Assembly (NCBI RefSeq): GCF_026210795.1
Contig: NC_089431.1
Location: 5,456,001 to 5,520,000 of the forward strand
DNA length: 64,000 bases
Direction of reading: 5' to 3'
DNA from: Rhizophagus irregularis
Lineage: Eukaryota
The position numbers and the translations under genes are program-made. The notes beneath the pieces were generated by a model that worked only from the letters and a program-made list of their open reading frames with translations, did not search any database and was not told the DNA's origin. Positions 1 to 14,100 of the stretch are shown here, piece by piece. Position 1 is the first letter of the stretch, and each line of letters opens with the position of its first letter.

Positions 1-345
1 TCGTAATTAATCAAATCTGATTTAAGAGTTTAACACATTTGGTTTCTTTTAACTTACTAACGTTAAAAATACAGGGAATATTAACGTTAAATTTATAAAA
101 GTTTCATCATTATTCCTTTTATTTGTTGACAAAATTCTTCGCAAATAAAGAAAACGATAACTTAAGGTGACCGTATGAGAAAGAAACACTTTTATATAAG
201 GTTACATTGCCAATTTATTTTATAATTTATCTTTTATTCAATATGAGGTAATAAATCTGCAATAACAAATTCTCAAAAAATCTATATAAACCTATGTACT
301 GAAGCAAATAAATTTAATTTTCATAATTTTCAATATATACTAATA

Positions 346-2022
346 TTAGTAAATTGGTTCAATAAAACTTCTTTTAAAAGGTTCAGGATTATCATCAATT
401 GTGAATAAATTCCTGGCTTCTTCTAATACATCTTTTGAAAGTTTTTGATAACAAAAATAACGATATGAAGTTATAATTGAGTATCTAAAAACTTTTAAGG
501 AATTATTTTTACTTCTAGCATAATCTATGATTGTATTTAATATATCATCATGAATACAAGAACCCATACAAATACTAACTTCTTTAAGTTCACATTGCAT
601 ATTTTGAAATAAAGTTCTCAATATTGTAACAATCATAGATGAATCAATCTCCAAAATTTCCAAAATTTGTAAAGAAGAAGAAAATGAAAGAGCCAATTCA
701 GAAATTTGAGTAATTTTAAGATAATTATCCCAATCCAACTTTAAGAAAATAAGATGATTTAAACTTTTCAAAAATGAAATGATAGCACAAAGTTCTTTTT
801 GAAATATTCTAAGAAAAAGATGAGTAATATTTGTACAAAATGGAAGAATTAATTTTGTGATATTAATAATACTAGAATGAGTAATATATTTATCATAATA
901 AAGGGTTTTAATATCATTATTTGACATTAAAATAATTCTTTTGAATAAGGTAAGAACAGGAAGATAAGAGATTGTAATATGAAAATTCTTAAGATTATTC
1001 AATTTTGATTTAATAGGTTTATTTAATTCTGAAATATCAGTACTTTTATTACAATAAAAACTACTAAGTTCAATTGTTTCCAGATTTGAACAATGATCCA
1101 ATATACTAATAATTATAGTAAAATTACGTATTTCATATAATTTTAAATGAGTTAAAGATTGAGAATTATTTTTAATAAAATTTTTATCCTTCATAAAACA
1201 AGGCATTTCCAAAGATTTCAAATTATCCAATGAAATAATGAAAGAACTTAATATATCTAATAATTTATTAAATTCATTATCAAGTTTTTTTAATTTTTGT
1301 TGTTTAAATTCTTTCTTTGTAAATATTAATTGAATGTGTTTTATATTTTTATTATATTCAGAAATGATTTTAGTAAGTTTTGTTGCATTCTTTTGAATAA
1401 ATTTTAAAATTTCTAACTTTTTTACATCAAATCTAAATCCAAATCCAAAAGTGAATTTGTTGATATTTGATAAAACATATCCAAGAATTTTATCATCAAA
1501 AGAACTCATATCTATCTGATTTCTTTCATCATTCAAATCAACATTCAAGTATTTAAAATTACTTTGATTATTAAAAAATAATTTTTCCATAAAAGGATTA
1601 AGAATATGAACAACGCTATTAATTCGATTTTCTGTAGCTGGAGCGGAATAATATTGATAAAGGAAAGATCTCATTGATGTTTGTATATTAAATATTTCAA
1701 ATTCTTGAAGAAAACTTGGGTAATTAATAAAAGGTTTTGGAAAGTTAAAATCAGATTTACGAAAGAATGTTGTGACCTGCTTTTTTTCTTGATCATCAAG
1801 ACAAGAAAAATATGTTCGAAAGATGAGGCTCATTTTATTCTCATCTTGTTTAACATGTTTAAATGGATTTCTCCAAAGTATACGTACAACAACTTGACAA
1901 TAATCTCTATTTAAAACGACACATGAATGTAATGTTTTAATATCATGAATAATGTACTGTACAATCTCATATATACAGTCAGCTGGTAAATTTACTACAA
2001 TGTTATCTTGATTTCGAGACAT
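346..2022 (-). CDS. F-box-like / LRR (RNI-like) protein, 558 aa
   Basis: Single open ORF. N-terminal LPADCIYEI..TLHSCVVLNR..C...ILWRNPF is the F-box-like motif common in Glomeromycotina. LxxLxL repeats follow (LKSLEM, LTHLKL, LETIEL). Confidence 0.8.
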   Translation of the reverse strand: MSRNQDNIVVNLPADCIYEIVQYIIHDIKTLHSCVVLNRDYCQVVVRILWRNPFKHVKQDENKMSLIFRTYFSCLDDQEKKQVTTFFRKSDFNFPKPFINYPSFLQEFEIFNIQTSMRSFLYQYYSAPATENRINSVVHILNPFMEKLFFNNQSNFKYLNVDLNDERNQIDMSSFDDKILGYVLSNINKFTFGFGFRFDVKKLEILKFIQKNATKLTKIISEYNKNIKHIQLIFTKKEFKQQKLKKLDNEFNKLLDILSSFIISLDNLKSLEMPCFMKDKNFIKNNSQSLTHLKLYEIRNFTIIISILDHCSNLETIELSSFYCNKSTDISELNKPIKSKLNNLKNFHITISYLPVLTLFKRIILMSNNDIKTLYYDKYITHSSIINITKLILPFCTNITHLFLRIFQKELCAIISFLKSLNHLIFLKLDWDNYLKITQISELALSFSSSLQILEILEIDSSMIVTILRTLFQNMQCELKEVSICMGSCIHDDILNTIIDYARSKNNSLKVFRYSIITSYRYFCYQKLSKDVLEEARNLFTIDDNPEPFKRSFIEPIY

Positions 2023-5000
2023 ATTCGTAAAAAAAAAGTGGAAATATAAAAAAAAGTGGAAATGTAAATAAAGAGGAAACGTAAAAAAAGAGGAAATGTA
2101 AAAAATTTTTTTTTTTTGAGGATCTCCTTATTTATGACGCAAATTCTGTAACACAAACATGAAATTCAATGAACATTTCACATGATCTGTTTTTCTAATG
2201 CCTGATATATTAATTTTCGAAAATCTGAAATTTTTCAAAGATAACTCTATACTGAAAGTATATTATATCGATACTTGAAACCAAAAAATTTTGATATAAT
2301 TCTCTCACATAAAATATGAATTTAAAAATATACGATTTTATAATATATATATATAAAATAATAATTTCATTTCTTATACCCTTAAAAAAATTTTATTTTT
2401 AATAAATTTTAATTTAATATATATTAATCACGGTTTCAAATAAATTATCATAATTACGATACATGTATCATCATAGATTTTTTTGGAAAATGATCACGCC
2501 TTATGAAATTTGTGAAACATATGATCTAATAATTTATTAGCCATTTGGCTTTTATATATTTTAGTATCGTTACTTTTTAAGATCCAATGATACTTTTTTA
2601 TTTGATAATCAACAATTTAATAATTTGCCCCATCATGAGGTCACGTTAAGAGAACAATATGGGTCTGATACAATATTTATATATTTTAATACAGTAGGTC
2701 GTATTTTTCTTTACTACCAGCCTTACAACAATACCAGCCTTACTTGTAAACTAATAAATATATGTTAAAAATTATCTATTAATTACCATACTATACATAG
2801 TAAAGGATGATCCGCCAAGAGTTTTGTATTACCTTAAAATGAATTTTAGAAATGGTTTAGCCAAACAATTTCCTTTTTTTTTTGGCAATTCGTGTGACCA
2901 AAACGACCTTTCATTTTTATATATTGAGAGGTGTGAGAATCTTTACTGTGAGTCTGTATCTAGGATTGAGGATTTTTTAAAAAAATATAACGGAATAGCA
3001 GATCACCTGCTGACTAATAGAATTGCCAAAAATATCGTGGCTGGTTTTGGCAAAAATTAGCAAATCAGACTATAACTGATAATAATCTAATTAATTTCTG
3101 ACCTAAATTATTCGAATTTTTGAAGTATATTTATATCTTTTTGAAGTAATTCTAATTTCTAAAATAAATTTCCCATTAAAATACCAATTATAATAATAAT
3201 TTCTAAAATAAAGTATTGAACCTATCCTTCCTATGAATATCTTAATTTTAAAATAATGATCAACTAATATTTATCGTTCCCCTAAAATACCCCAAAATTG
3301 ATGTTAGTTTAAGGTCATTCCAGACGCAGTAAACACTTAAACTAAATATAATGCTGCGCCCCACAATTAATCCCAAATTTTCAAAAAAATATAAATTATA
3401 AAATTCACTAGATAAGTTCAGACGCTACACTATTCGTATCGGTTTCTTGTCCGTCCAGCACGTGATGACATGCAATGATAACTGCGCTTCGGACTTGATA
3501 ACGGTTTCCGTTTCCTAGTTTATTATACCTTTCTGTCGTTTCATCAAAAGTGGCCTTCGCAAAATAATTGTATAATGAATTATGTTCTTATTTGTTCTAC
3601 AATATTTTAAATTTTCAATGATTTATTGATACATCTTATGCTATTACCCATTCTTATTATGATATTTAAAAATTTATGGCGGAAATTTAATCCATCAAAT
3701 GCTTGCTTGTCTGCAATTATCTAATGCTCAGGGTTAATATTGCAATCGCATGTTGAAATATTGATTTAATTATGTTCATAGTATATAGGATGATTTTTTA
3801 ATCATTTGGTACGTTAGGTTTGGGGCTGATGTATTTATAGAACACCGGAACCTCATAGGTTATATATATATGGGCCGAACTTTTTTACTTAAAATGTACA
3901 TAAAATAATTGCGAACATTTTAATTGAATTTAAAGATCATCAGAATAAATAATTAACATTACAAGAACAAGGTAAATGGTTACAAAACAGTTTCGTCAAA
4001 ATTTTTCACACAGTATTTCAATTTGAAAATTGCTCAAAATTCTGGATTGAACGGAAAGAATGTAACTAAATCATAAAATAATGATAGTAATTTAGCCTTA
4101 TATTATTATATTATTTCAAAATTGTCCTGTATCAAGATTATATAATAATATTCATCATAATAATTACATGGAATGATAAATTAGAAATTTATTGCAAACT
4201 TCAAAGGGTAATATTATATCTTAAATAATTATGCATCATGAAATACATTTATAAGTTATAAGTAACGTTTATTAAATAGGAAATTAATATGTTACTTGTG
4301 ATTAGTATGTTGTAATATATATTAGTCATAACTCACATAACTCATAAGTCAATGAGTCATGACTAATCAATTTCACGTCACGTCGCGTATAATTAGTTAA
4401 TCATAGTTACTTATTTGAAGAAACATTAAAAATATATCACAAAAAAACTATATAAATATCTTACCTTACTTTTCCTTCAATATATATTTTATTTTTCTAC
4501 AATATTTTTTTCGCATTTTTTTATTTTCTACTTTATTTTCTTCGCAATATTTTCTTTATTTTTGCAATATTTTCGCATTTATATATTATTTACTTTACAA
4601 CAAGTGGAAAAAAATAGGAAGAGGAAAATCGCAACAATAATGCCAGTTACTTACGTAGACAAGCTTTAAGAAGCGAGATCAGAAGTGACCATCATCGCAG
4701 GTGAGTAGGTTTGGATGTTGAGACGAAGGTTACCTAGTCTCCGTTATTCCGTAGTTGCGATAAGGTGGCCATGAGCATAAGTGTGGCCGAGGTATACCAC
4801 TTTGGTCACTAGCGTATGTATGGTCACTACAAGTATACCATACAACCACCATCTATATGGTCACTTCATAGAAAACTATATGGTGCTGCAGAGTCACTTA
4901 CCCACTTTAGCTTCGCAAAACGCTTGCTTAGGCTGGTCCTAACACTCACATTGTATATTTGTAGATGTATGATTTAAGCCTATTGTTTTCATATAGAATG

Positions 5001-5137
5001 TTCGCGTAGGCAAAGAATACGTGACTTTTTGGGAATCTCACAGTCCCAAAATTTTATCTTTTCTTTTGAACAGGCTAATAGATTTACGTCTGATGGTAGA
5101 TGTACAATGTGTACATACAGAAACTGCACAAGATTCT

Positions 5138-5345
5138 AACTATAATAAAATCAGGCGCAAACATATCACGTTTTTCTGTGTTACGTAATTCAATTACTTA
5201 AATAGAGCGCTTAATCTAAATATCTCCGAATTTTTTAATTATATAGATTGTCTGGTTAATGAAAAAATAATTAAATAAATTTAGTTGGAAATGAGGAAAA
5301 GAAAAATATTCGTTCTACTGCGCCGATCGCGGTAACAAAAAAAAA
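5138..5345 (+). repeat. Dispersed direct repeat, copy 1 (copy 2 at ~8751-9145)
   Basis: Shared blocks: aactataata(a)aatcagg, atatcacgt, ttaatctaaat, tatatagattgtctggtt and ttcgttctactgcgccgatcgc. Copy 2 has a ~170-bp insertion. Confidence 0.75.
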
Positions 5346-5578
5346 AGAAATATGTTTTTAAAATGATTTTAATAACTTTATTATATAATTATTTAAATTA
5401 CAAACTAAGAACTCTCATCTTAGTGTTAATAAATGATAATAATTTGAATATAATACAATATTATTTTGATTTATAAAGTCAAGATAAAAAAATAACAAAT
5501 TAGTAAATTAATTAGTTGCTTTAAAAAGAAATACTTAAATTAGTATAAGGATTATTTGTTATTACGTAAATTTTCACC

Positions 5579-7584
5579 TACTGTCGACATTAATACTTTG
5601 CCTTTTATTTGTTGTTGAGTTATTTCTTTTTCATCATCTAAATTAAATAAAAGTCGCGTTTAATAAAGAATTTTATTTATTAGTAATTTATTATAAAATT
5701 TAAGATATTGATTTAATAAATAAAATCAATCTTTGTGATTTGAAAATAATTAAAATACATTACCTCTAAAAATGGTAACTATTTTTGATGATTTGTTATT
5801 ATTCTGCTTATTTGATTTATTAAAATTGTTAACTAAAATAAATAACAATTATTAAACATTTATTATATGATAATTCAATGCTATATAATATTAATAAATA
5901 CTTACTATTGTCAGGAATGTTAAAATTATAAAATTTACTATGAAACGCTATTAGTAGTAAAATAAAGTAAATTATTATAGTAACCAAATAAAATGGTAGA
6001 AATTATTATTTATATGGTTATACCTTCTTGTTCTTCTAAGATAACATTAATAATGTATTTTAAAATAAATACATTCGCTAATAAAATATTATACACTTAT
6101 ACCTTCTATTGCATTTCTTGGTTTAGGTAGATTTTCAAAGTTGTGAATTTTACTTGTAAATAATCTGCTATTCGTATAATTTTTTTCTACTTTATTCATT
6201 TCTAAATTATCTATTTCTGATTTGAATAATTCATATGACATATTTCGATTATTTAAACTAATTTTACGTATTTTGGTATCAAGTGCATCAGCATCAGGTC
6301 TTTTTAATGGATCAACATCCCAACATTCTTTCATTAAATTTTTATATTCTAATGGAGTTCCTGGCACAATTTTTGGCCTTATACCGTTAATAATATTCAT
6401 TACAATATCATTTTCATGTTCATAATTTATAAATGGTGTTTGTCCAGATGAAATTTTCCACATAAGAATTGCAATACTATAAATATCAGATGCAAAAGTA
6501 TATTCTCTTCCAAGTTCCAACAATAACTTCGGGTGCTATGTAAGGAAGATTTCCATATATACTTGTTGAAGATTTATCAGCAGGTCCACAAAATCCAAGA
6601 TCACTAATAAACCACCGACCATTAAATTGTGAATATAATATATTTCCAGAATGCAAATCTCTATGAATTGCTTTCTCTTTATGAATATAACGAAGTGCAC
6701 CAATTATTTCATTAATAATTTTAATTCTACCTCTCCATGTAAGTTGATTATGATTTTGTTGTAAATATTTTCTTAAATCCATATCCATTTTACCCATTAC
6801 AAGCATATAATGTCCATTTGATGGATTTTGTGTTAAACCATAACATCGAACGACATGTGCAGTGGCCATTTATTACTTATAGTTAAATGTGATTCAGTCT
6901 AAATGACAACATGCTGTTGTTAATACAAAAAACAGAATTTTATAAATAAATTTCAAATAAAATTATACAAACCTTTTTAAACCAACTTTGATTTGCACTT
7001 TCAACATTTTCTAACGTTTTAGGTACTACTTTTATCATTATGCTTTGTATTCCTTCTCTTTTAATTCTTTTAATTATTTTCTTTTCAGAATCCCATTCTT
7101 CATAATATCCATTAATCCAAACTGCTGTATAGATTTTAGAGAAACCATCTTTTGTTAAATATTTAATATTTTCCAAATTGTTATATGGAATCTATTCAAC
7201 TATCATTTTTGGATCAAGTGATTTCATTTGACATTTCCGTATTAAATTGTCAATACCATCATTCCCAGATGTCCAATTTGAAAAATTTTCTTTTAAATAA
7301 TTTCGGACACAATATTCACAATATAAAGTGGCTAAACATTCTTTGTTACAATTTTCACAAATTCTTTTTGTTCCTGAATTATTTCTAACTTTATTTAGAT
7401 CATAATCTCCAGTTAATGATCTTATTACTACAGTTTTTTCATCACTTGTAAGAATTTTATCAGCAAGGAATGTTTGTTTTTTAAATTCAAATTGTTTGTG
7501 TATATCATTGTAAATATTAGTATCTGTTAACATTAACGCTTTATTATTTGTTGCATAAATTAATTCTTGTCGAAGAGTGGACAT
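5579..7584 (-). pseudogene. TKL-type protein kinase pseudogene
   Basis: CxxC..CxxC and NWTSGN N-terminus, HRDLHSGN, DLG and PYIAPE motifs are split over several ORFs. In-frame TAG replaces W in VE*IPY (~7192). Frameshifts near 6870 and 6510. Intron 6899-6972, plus small 3' exons down to ~5580. Confidence 0.85.
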
Positions 7585-8304
7585 AATGTAATTTATAAAT
7601 TAAGGGAAAATAAAGTTTGTCATTAAAATGCAAATTGTTGATTGTGCCCACATAAATTTGTAACCTTTAGGCGTAATATTTGACGCCTCATGACCAAAAA
7701 AAAGAAAAATATAAAGATATAATATATTATATTATTTCTTACTGTTCTTAGTATTCTTTTATTTTTAATTTTTTTTCAGTGCATAATAAATTTAATGAAT
7801 AGATAGCCTTTGATTATATTGTCGATTAATACCGTATTCAAATAATTTGATAATAGACTATTAATTTGCATTTTTAAATCATACTTAATATAAACATGAT
7901 TGATGAAAGTCAAATTTCTTTAATCATTTCAAATTGAATCTATTTTAAATAAACAATGTAATGAATAATGAACTTTAATTTATCATTTTTAATACAAACG
8001 CAACAGGATTAATAAAATTTATGATCAAATAATTGGGTATATTAGATTTTATATAATAATAATTTAAGGTTTTATTTATTTATGATTTTAAATTTATAGT
8101 ATATGAAGAAGAATTGGCTAATATTTCAACAATATTGAAATGATAACAATTTATTATACTATTAAATACAATGTTATTTACAATTTATGTTATTAAATAC
8201 GATTATATTTACATTCCATATAAATAAATATTTTGAAAGATTTCTTTATATACGATATTTTTGGTAGATGATTATCAGATACTCTAAAGTAGTTGCCGTA
8301 GCAT

Positions 8305-9215
8305 CGTTCCGTCGTTCCGATCACCGATCCAAACCTAAATGGTAAAAGGATGGGAAATTTTTTTTTTTTTTCGGTTTAAAAAAAAAAGCCAAACCGAAAA
8401 AAAGAAAAGGGGAAAAAAATTTTTTTTTTCAGTTTGGAAAAAATGGACCAAACCGAAAAAAGAAAAGGTTAAAATGTTTGTAAAAAAACTTTCGAAAAGA
8501 AACAAAAAAAAATTCGAAAAAAAACTAAAATAAAATTTTTCAAGTTTAAACCAAAAAAAAGATTTCTTGATTTCTTTTTAAAAAAAGAGGAGATAGAAAA
8601 AGAAAACCTCGAAAAAAATTTTAGAAAAAAATACCGAAAAGAAAAATCAAAAAAATATTATGCGACCGATTGTATCATTTCAAGAGGATGAGAAAGAAAA
8701 AAATTAAATTTTTTGGATTAACTGGTCATTAGAACATGCAAATGATAATTAACTATAATAAATCAGGTGCAGAAATATCACGTCTTTCTGTGTACATAAT
8801 TCAAATTATTTATATAGAACTTAATCTAAATGTCTCTACTTGTGTAAATCAAATTTATAAGTAAATTTGTTTCTTTTTTTAGAAATTTGTTTCATGAAAT
8901 ATAAAGTCTTTTTCTCTTTTTTTAAAAAATTTTTGAGTTGCAAAAATATATAAAGTTTTTCACTTTTAAAAAGTAAATAGCATCACAATATAATAGACGA
9001 TCATTTAATATAAGTATATAGATTGTCTGGTTTAATGAAAAAAAAAATAATTAAATAAAGTTATTTGGTTTAACCATTAAAGGAAAAACCGAAAGGGAAA
9101 AGGAAAAAAGTTCGTTCTACTGCGCCGATCGCATTAACAAAAAAAGATGATTGATAAGAAACCTAAACTTTGTTTTTGCGGAAATATTGAAAATGGCTGT
9201 CGGAACGACGGAACG
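8305..9215. mobile_element. Possible non-autonomous DNA transposon remnant bounded by a 16-bp inverted repeat
   Basis: cgttccgtcgttccga (8305-8320) and tcggaacgacggaacg (9200-9215). No TSD recognised. Confidence 0.4.
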
Positions 9216-9859
9216 TCCACATGACCTGATAGCCAATCAAATGTTTCTAGCTATTATAAATACGGTATAAATCAGGCGCGGAAATATCACGTTCCACATT
9301 ACACAATTTAAAATTAGTTACGCAAATAGAATCCAATAAAAATGAGCCAAATTTTTTGTGCTTCTAATTTGGATTTTTTCCCTTTATTTCATTTAATTCT
9401 TTTATTTCAAAATTTTTTATTTTTCAAATTTCCGAATTTTAATTGTACTGTTATACAGTATTAAATCAAACTCCTGTCTCCTGAGATCCGTAATCATACT
9501 TTAAAATGTCTTTACCATAATGGTAACTTTTAATTACAATCAACTAATTAATACGTTAGTCGATAGAAAATTTTATTTTTCTTACTTAAACACGCAAACT
9601 TTTCAGTCTCAACATATGTGTGTAAACTAAAATGAGGAAAAGAGAATATAAAGACGCTACTGAACTTGAAGACGACGACGATGAAACTACGGATGACAGA
9701 CTGAGGACGAATACGAGTACAGAACCGAGGACGAGAATGAAGACGAACTTGTGGCTGAAAACGAACTCGTATCTGATATGAAGACGAACTCGTATCTTAA
9801 GATGAGGAACTTGAAGTATTTCAGAATCTAGATTTCGCCCATTACCAATCGATTATCTA

Positions 9860-10585
9860 GCGCCCGAACTGGACGTTAATACTAGATGGAATTCTATCTT
9901 TACATGTTGGAAAAGTGGAAAAGAATGGAGCCTGCTTTAAATTTACTTGCCGCCGATAATCCAAATGTTCGTCAAAGATATCTTACCGATTTCGATTGTA
10001 TTAACATTGATGTAAGTGAAATCTTTATCCTTTCCATATTTTTGATAACAATTTTGAGTCATTCGGTCGGATTTAAGCAACAATAATCATTTCATGACGC
10101 TTTGGAGTGTTCCGATTGACAAATTTTTAAAATTGTGGCAACTTACTATATTCCCAATTTATTAGGATACTATGGTTCTTTTAAGTCCAATCGAACGTGT
10201 AATCCGTTTCCTTTCAGCATTTAGTTACCCAACTCATGGTGACATTCGGTTCGTTTTCTCAGCATTCAGGAACATTTATCTCGATATTAGTGATGAAAGA
10301 TTTTCACAGCGTCTGCTTTCCAACCATTCATGCGTATTTTCTTATTGTGACAGATGCGATTTATCAAAAATTAAGTAACCACTGGCCGATTATGAGTGAA
10401 TCTTCGCAACTTTCTTCATTATTAGATCCAAGGGTAAAATTCTCCGCATTTGAAAATGAAATCGAAAGAACTAATGCAAAAATTTGGCGTTGAATCTTAC
10501 CAAATATTCTCCCCCATCATCACCATTACTTGCAGGACTACAAGAGGAGATGATATTATAGATACACGAAATTTTTTTCGTTTTT
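9860..10585 (+). mobile_element. Degenerate hAT transposase fragment
   Basis: Translates VNTRWNSIFYMLEKW, LLSPIERVIRFLSAFSYPT and SSLLDPRVKF, matching hAT TRWNS, S...PT and LDPR motifs. Broken by frameshifts. Confidence 0.8.
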
Positions 10586-11143
10586 TACTTGGGTTTCAGA
10601 GCTTCCAACACTACTATCAATTTGTACAACATTTTCAGCCATTAATATACTAGCAATAAATACTTTGACATTAAATTTATTTGGTCTCAAATTATTTTCA
10701 GCCCCATTATTACAAAGATCAAGGAAGATTATACTTTCATAAATATTTTTGTTGAAAGTACTTATATCTGGTGGATTACTAGTTATAGTAAATAAACTAA
10801 TTTTAAGATCGTATCACGCGTTAGGAGATGGTATCATCGACGCGATACAATTAGAGACTTTATTAGAAATAGACATTTATCAACCAGTTCTTTAAGATCA
10901 ATAAGGTCAAATGTTTAGCATTCTACTACAGATTTTTTATTTGTAAATTATGATATTACCAACAATTTAATAAAAATATAATACTTTAGACTGCGCCATA
11001 AAAATGTATTTTTTTTTTTGGAACATCGTTTATTGGATGAATATGAAAAAGATGATTATCTTTAATTTCTCTAACCCAAAAATAAATATTTTTCTTTTGG
11101 TCAATAAGAGCTTCATCATATTGTGTACTATATTTATATGACA
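10586..11143 (+). pseudogene. Truncated, decayed copy of the last exon and 3'UTR of the membrane-protein gene (26910-27540)
   Basis: Colinear similarity from tacttgg..tttcagagcttccaacact through gactgcgccataaaaatg to ttatatgaca, with internal deletions. Confidence 0.9.
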
Positions 11144-14100
11144 TGAAATTATTACACATGTACTACACAACTATACACATGAAACATATCACATTTCAGA
11201 TACTGAGCATTCAAATCGAAAATTCCAATTTGAAATTGGAAATTCTGACTTGGGAGTTTTAACTTGAACGTAATCGCATATGGGTCACAATATTTTAAAA
11301 TGCCCATTGATTGGATGTGACGTAGAAAATCGTGGTTTAATAATAAATATTGTTTGAGTGATCCAGAAGATCCAAATCATCAGTATTGGAAAGTATATGC
11401 ATCCTTCTTTGGATATGATTTAATGGACCTACAATGCTACAACGTTTGCATTGACTCTGAAAAATTAAATAACCATACATGGGGAAACATCATCCCACTT
11501 GACTTTAGGTCATACAAGTAAGTCTGAATAATGGACACCAAGTTTAATTTTTATCATTTAGCATAAAAAAGATTCTTTAATATTTATTCTCAAAACCACA
11601 ATTATTAGTCACGGTTAATCACAACTTTCTGAAGTCTAAATTTTATTACGATGAGAATTGATAATATGTTGTTTTTATCTCAAAATATGACAATCTGTAT
11701 TGTAGATTTAGCTACTTCCCCTGATTTTTACTTTTTTGGTGATTTTTGCTAGACACAAATGCTAAATAAAACCCTAATTCATTAAATCTTCGAATCGGGT
11801 CCACATCTTATAAGATTATTTCCATTTCCAAAATAACAAATTTTACACATCATGTCATAATTAACTCGACAATTAAGTTAAATTGATGTTTAATACCGAA
11901 ATATAATTTGGGAATTTTTATTTTATGTGCGCCCTTTATCATGTGATTATATAATTCATTTTCATAATCAAGTTGAACATTAAATGCCTTTAAACAAAAG
12001 AAGCGAATGGCACTTTTTGACAAGAAGATTGATTAAAATGAACACTTGTTTGATTAAAAAAAAGTGTAATGCTGGTATATTTAATTGGAATTTGAAATTT
12101 TTAGAATATCATGGTAGTATATAATGTTGATATTTTATGACCATTTAATTTAGATAAAGTGTAGACTCGATACCAGTGTAGATTGAACCACCATATAATT
12201 CAACTAATGGATCAAGGAGTAATTTTATCTGGAAACATTCTATAGCAAATTTTATTCAAACCCGTGATTTGGCAAAATATTCTATAATCAATAGTCGTAA
12301 GAAATATCAACGAAAAAATTAGATCCTTTAATATCATTAAATTATTTTTTTCTTAGTTGTTTACTAATTTATATAATTTATATTTTGTCGTCTATTATTG
12401 TCTATAGCTGCACGAAATAATTAAAAATTTGACTGGTTTACAGAATATTTGACTGATACACGCACGTGCCTTATCGCCTGCAAGATTAGCTGTTCTTACT
12501 CCAAAAACAACGCTATAAACAAATAATATACTATCGAAATATTGTGTTTTGCGGTAAAAGAGATGACGTTTTTATTATAACTATAGGCAGTATTAGAAAA
12601 GACAGTGATTATTTACTAGGTAGTTTTGTTCAAGCAAATACAGTATTATATTATGGATTACGCGAAATCTTTAACTTTTAAAAATAGTTTTCATAATGGT
12701 AGCTCAAATTTAGCAAAAAAATCATTAATAATACTGTAAATAATAATTATAATTTAATTTTAAAATGGATTGAATTTTCTCCAACTAGAAATGAATTATT
12801 AAAAATACGGAAATCGAATTTTAATATTTTAATGATGGATCGTTAATTAAGTGAAAATTGTAATATAACTAGTGGATTTATTTTTGAAAAAAATAGCGAA
12901 GTACAATCGTTTTTCTCAAAGAATGTAGAAAATTGTCTTCATCTCTAAGAGGTGAATTAATCGCGGTAGTATACAGCGACAATTTTTACTAAACATCAAG
13001 TTACCAAATATTTAACCACTATACATTAAACTATCAAGCATAAATGAGCTATTTAAGTGTAAAAAAATCACTAAAATTTAGTGGCATATCAAATTCTTTA
13101 GACGAAGAAGCCATCAATAAATGATAAAGAAATTGTATTTTATAGGAATTATAATTAATACAAATTAAATGATGATAATAGATAGTAAATAATGCTTTCT
13201 TTGTCAATAAAATTGTTCGTTACATATATAATCAGGGAGTGCTTACTATATAATATATGTGGGTACATACTTAATAAATTATCAGAAGACTACAAATATT
13301 TTATTTGACTGTCGAAATTTTATTTTTCAAATTTTAGAACAAATTTTGATCCCACGATGTAAAATTGTGAAAACAAACTATTAAAAATAGGTTAGATAAT
13401 ATTATTCAATTCTTTAAATAGTAGATTTTTTTGTGAAAAAAGGTATTAGGAATAATATTTGATATTTCGGGGGAATATAGTAGATTTCTATAATGTTAGA
13501 TAATACACTTTCCTTGTATTTAATTTAATTTATTTTTTTAGGAGGGTAGTAAGGAGGGTGCGTGTAGACTGTAGAGAAGATTGGCACGTCTAAGATTTTT
13601 AATCTTAGCCGATTATTTCCATTATTGTAGTTGACTGTAATATATTTCTTGCGGTTTAGTTTAGATTGCTATATCTTCAATTCTTGTTTAATAAAATAAA
13701 AATAATATAATATCGAAATGCTATCTAATCTCTAATTTTGAATTCCGTCATATAATAATTATAATAATAATTATAATGGGATCTCCTGGCCATAATAATA
13801 TCGAGAGTCTATAATCCTGACAAGGCCAACTTCAAATGTAAATCCCGATTGAATCAAAATCCTGACTAAGATTCTATCGGTAAAAAAAAAAAAATTTTAA
13901 TTTCAGCTTAAAATTTTTTGGTTTCAAAATGATTATGAGCAATTAGTACAAGCAATTTATAGGCTTTATTATTATAAAATTATTAAAATTATCATTTAAT
14001 AGTTTGTAATTTGTATTTTTTTTTTTATTATTTTGTATAAGTAAATTTACAAATAATTTATTCTAATTGAAATGTTTCATTTTTTTTTTAAGAAACAATT

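Noticed and set aside
3300..3560. GC-richer island with gtgatga (C-box-like), possible snoRNA
   Set aside because: No convincing D box or terminal stem, and no recognisable RNA family.
4311..5045. LTR- or DIRS-like segment with repeated tggtcact motifs
   Set aside because: No second copy, TSD or coding relic in the window to support a call.
8339..8533. Lys-rich or Phe-rich short ORFs (also 15329, 18025, 31614, 31871, 42316, 51818, 57829)
   Set aside because: They are translations of low-complexity or repeat DNA.
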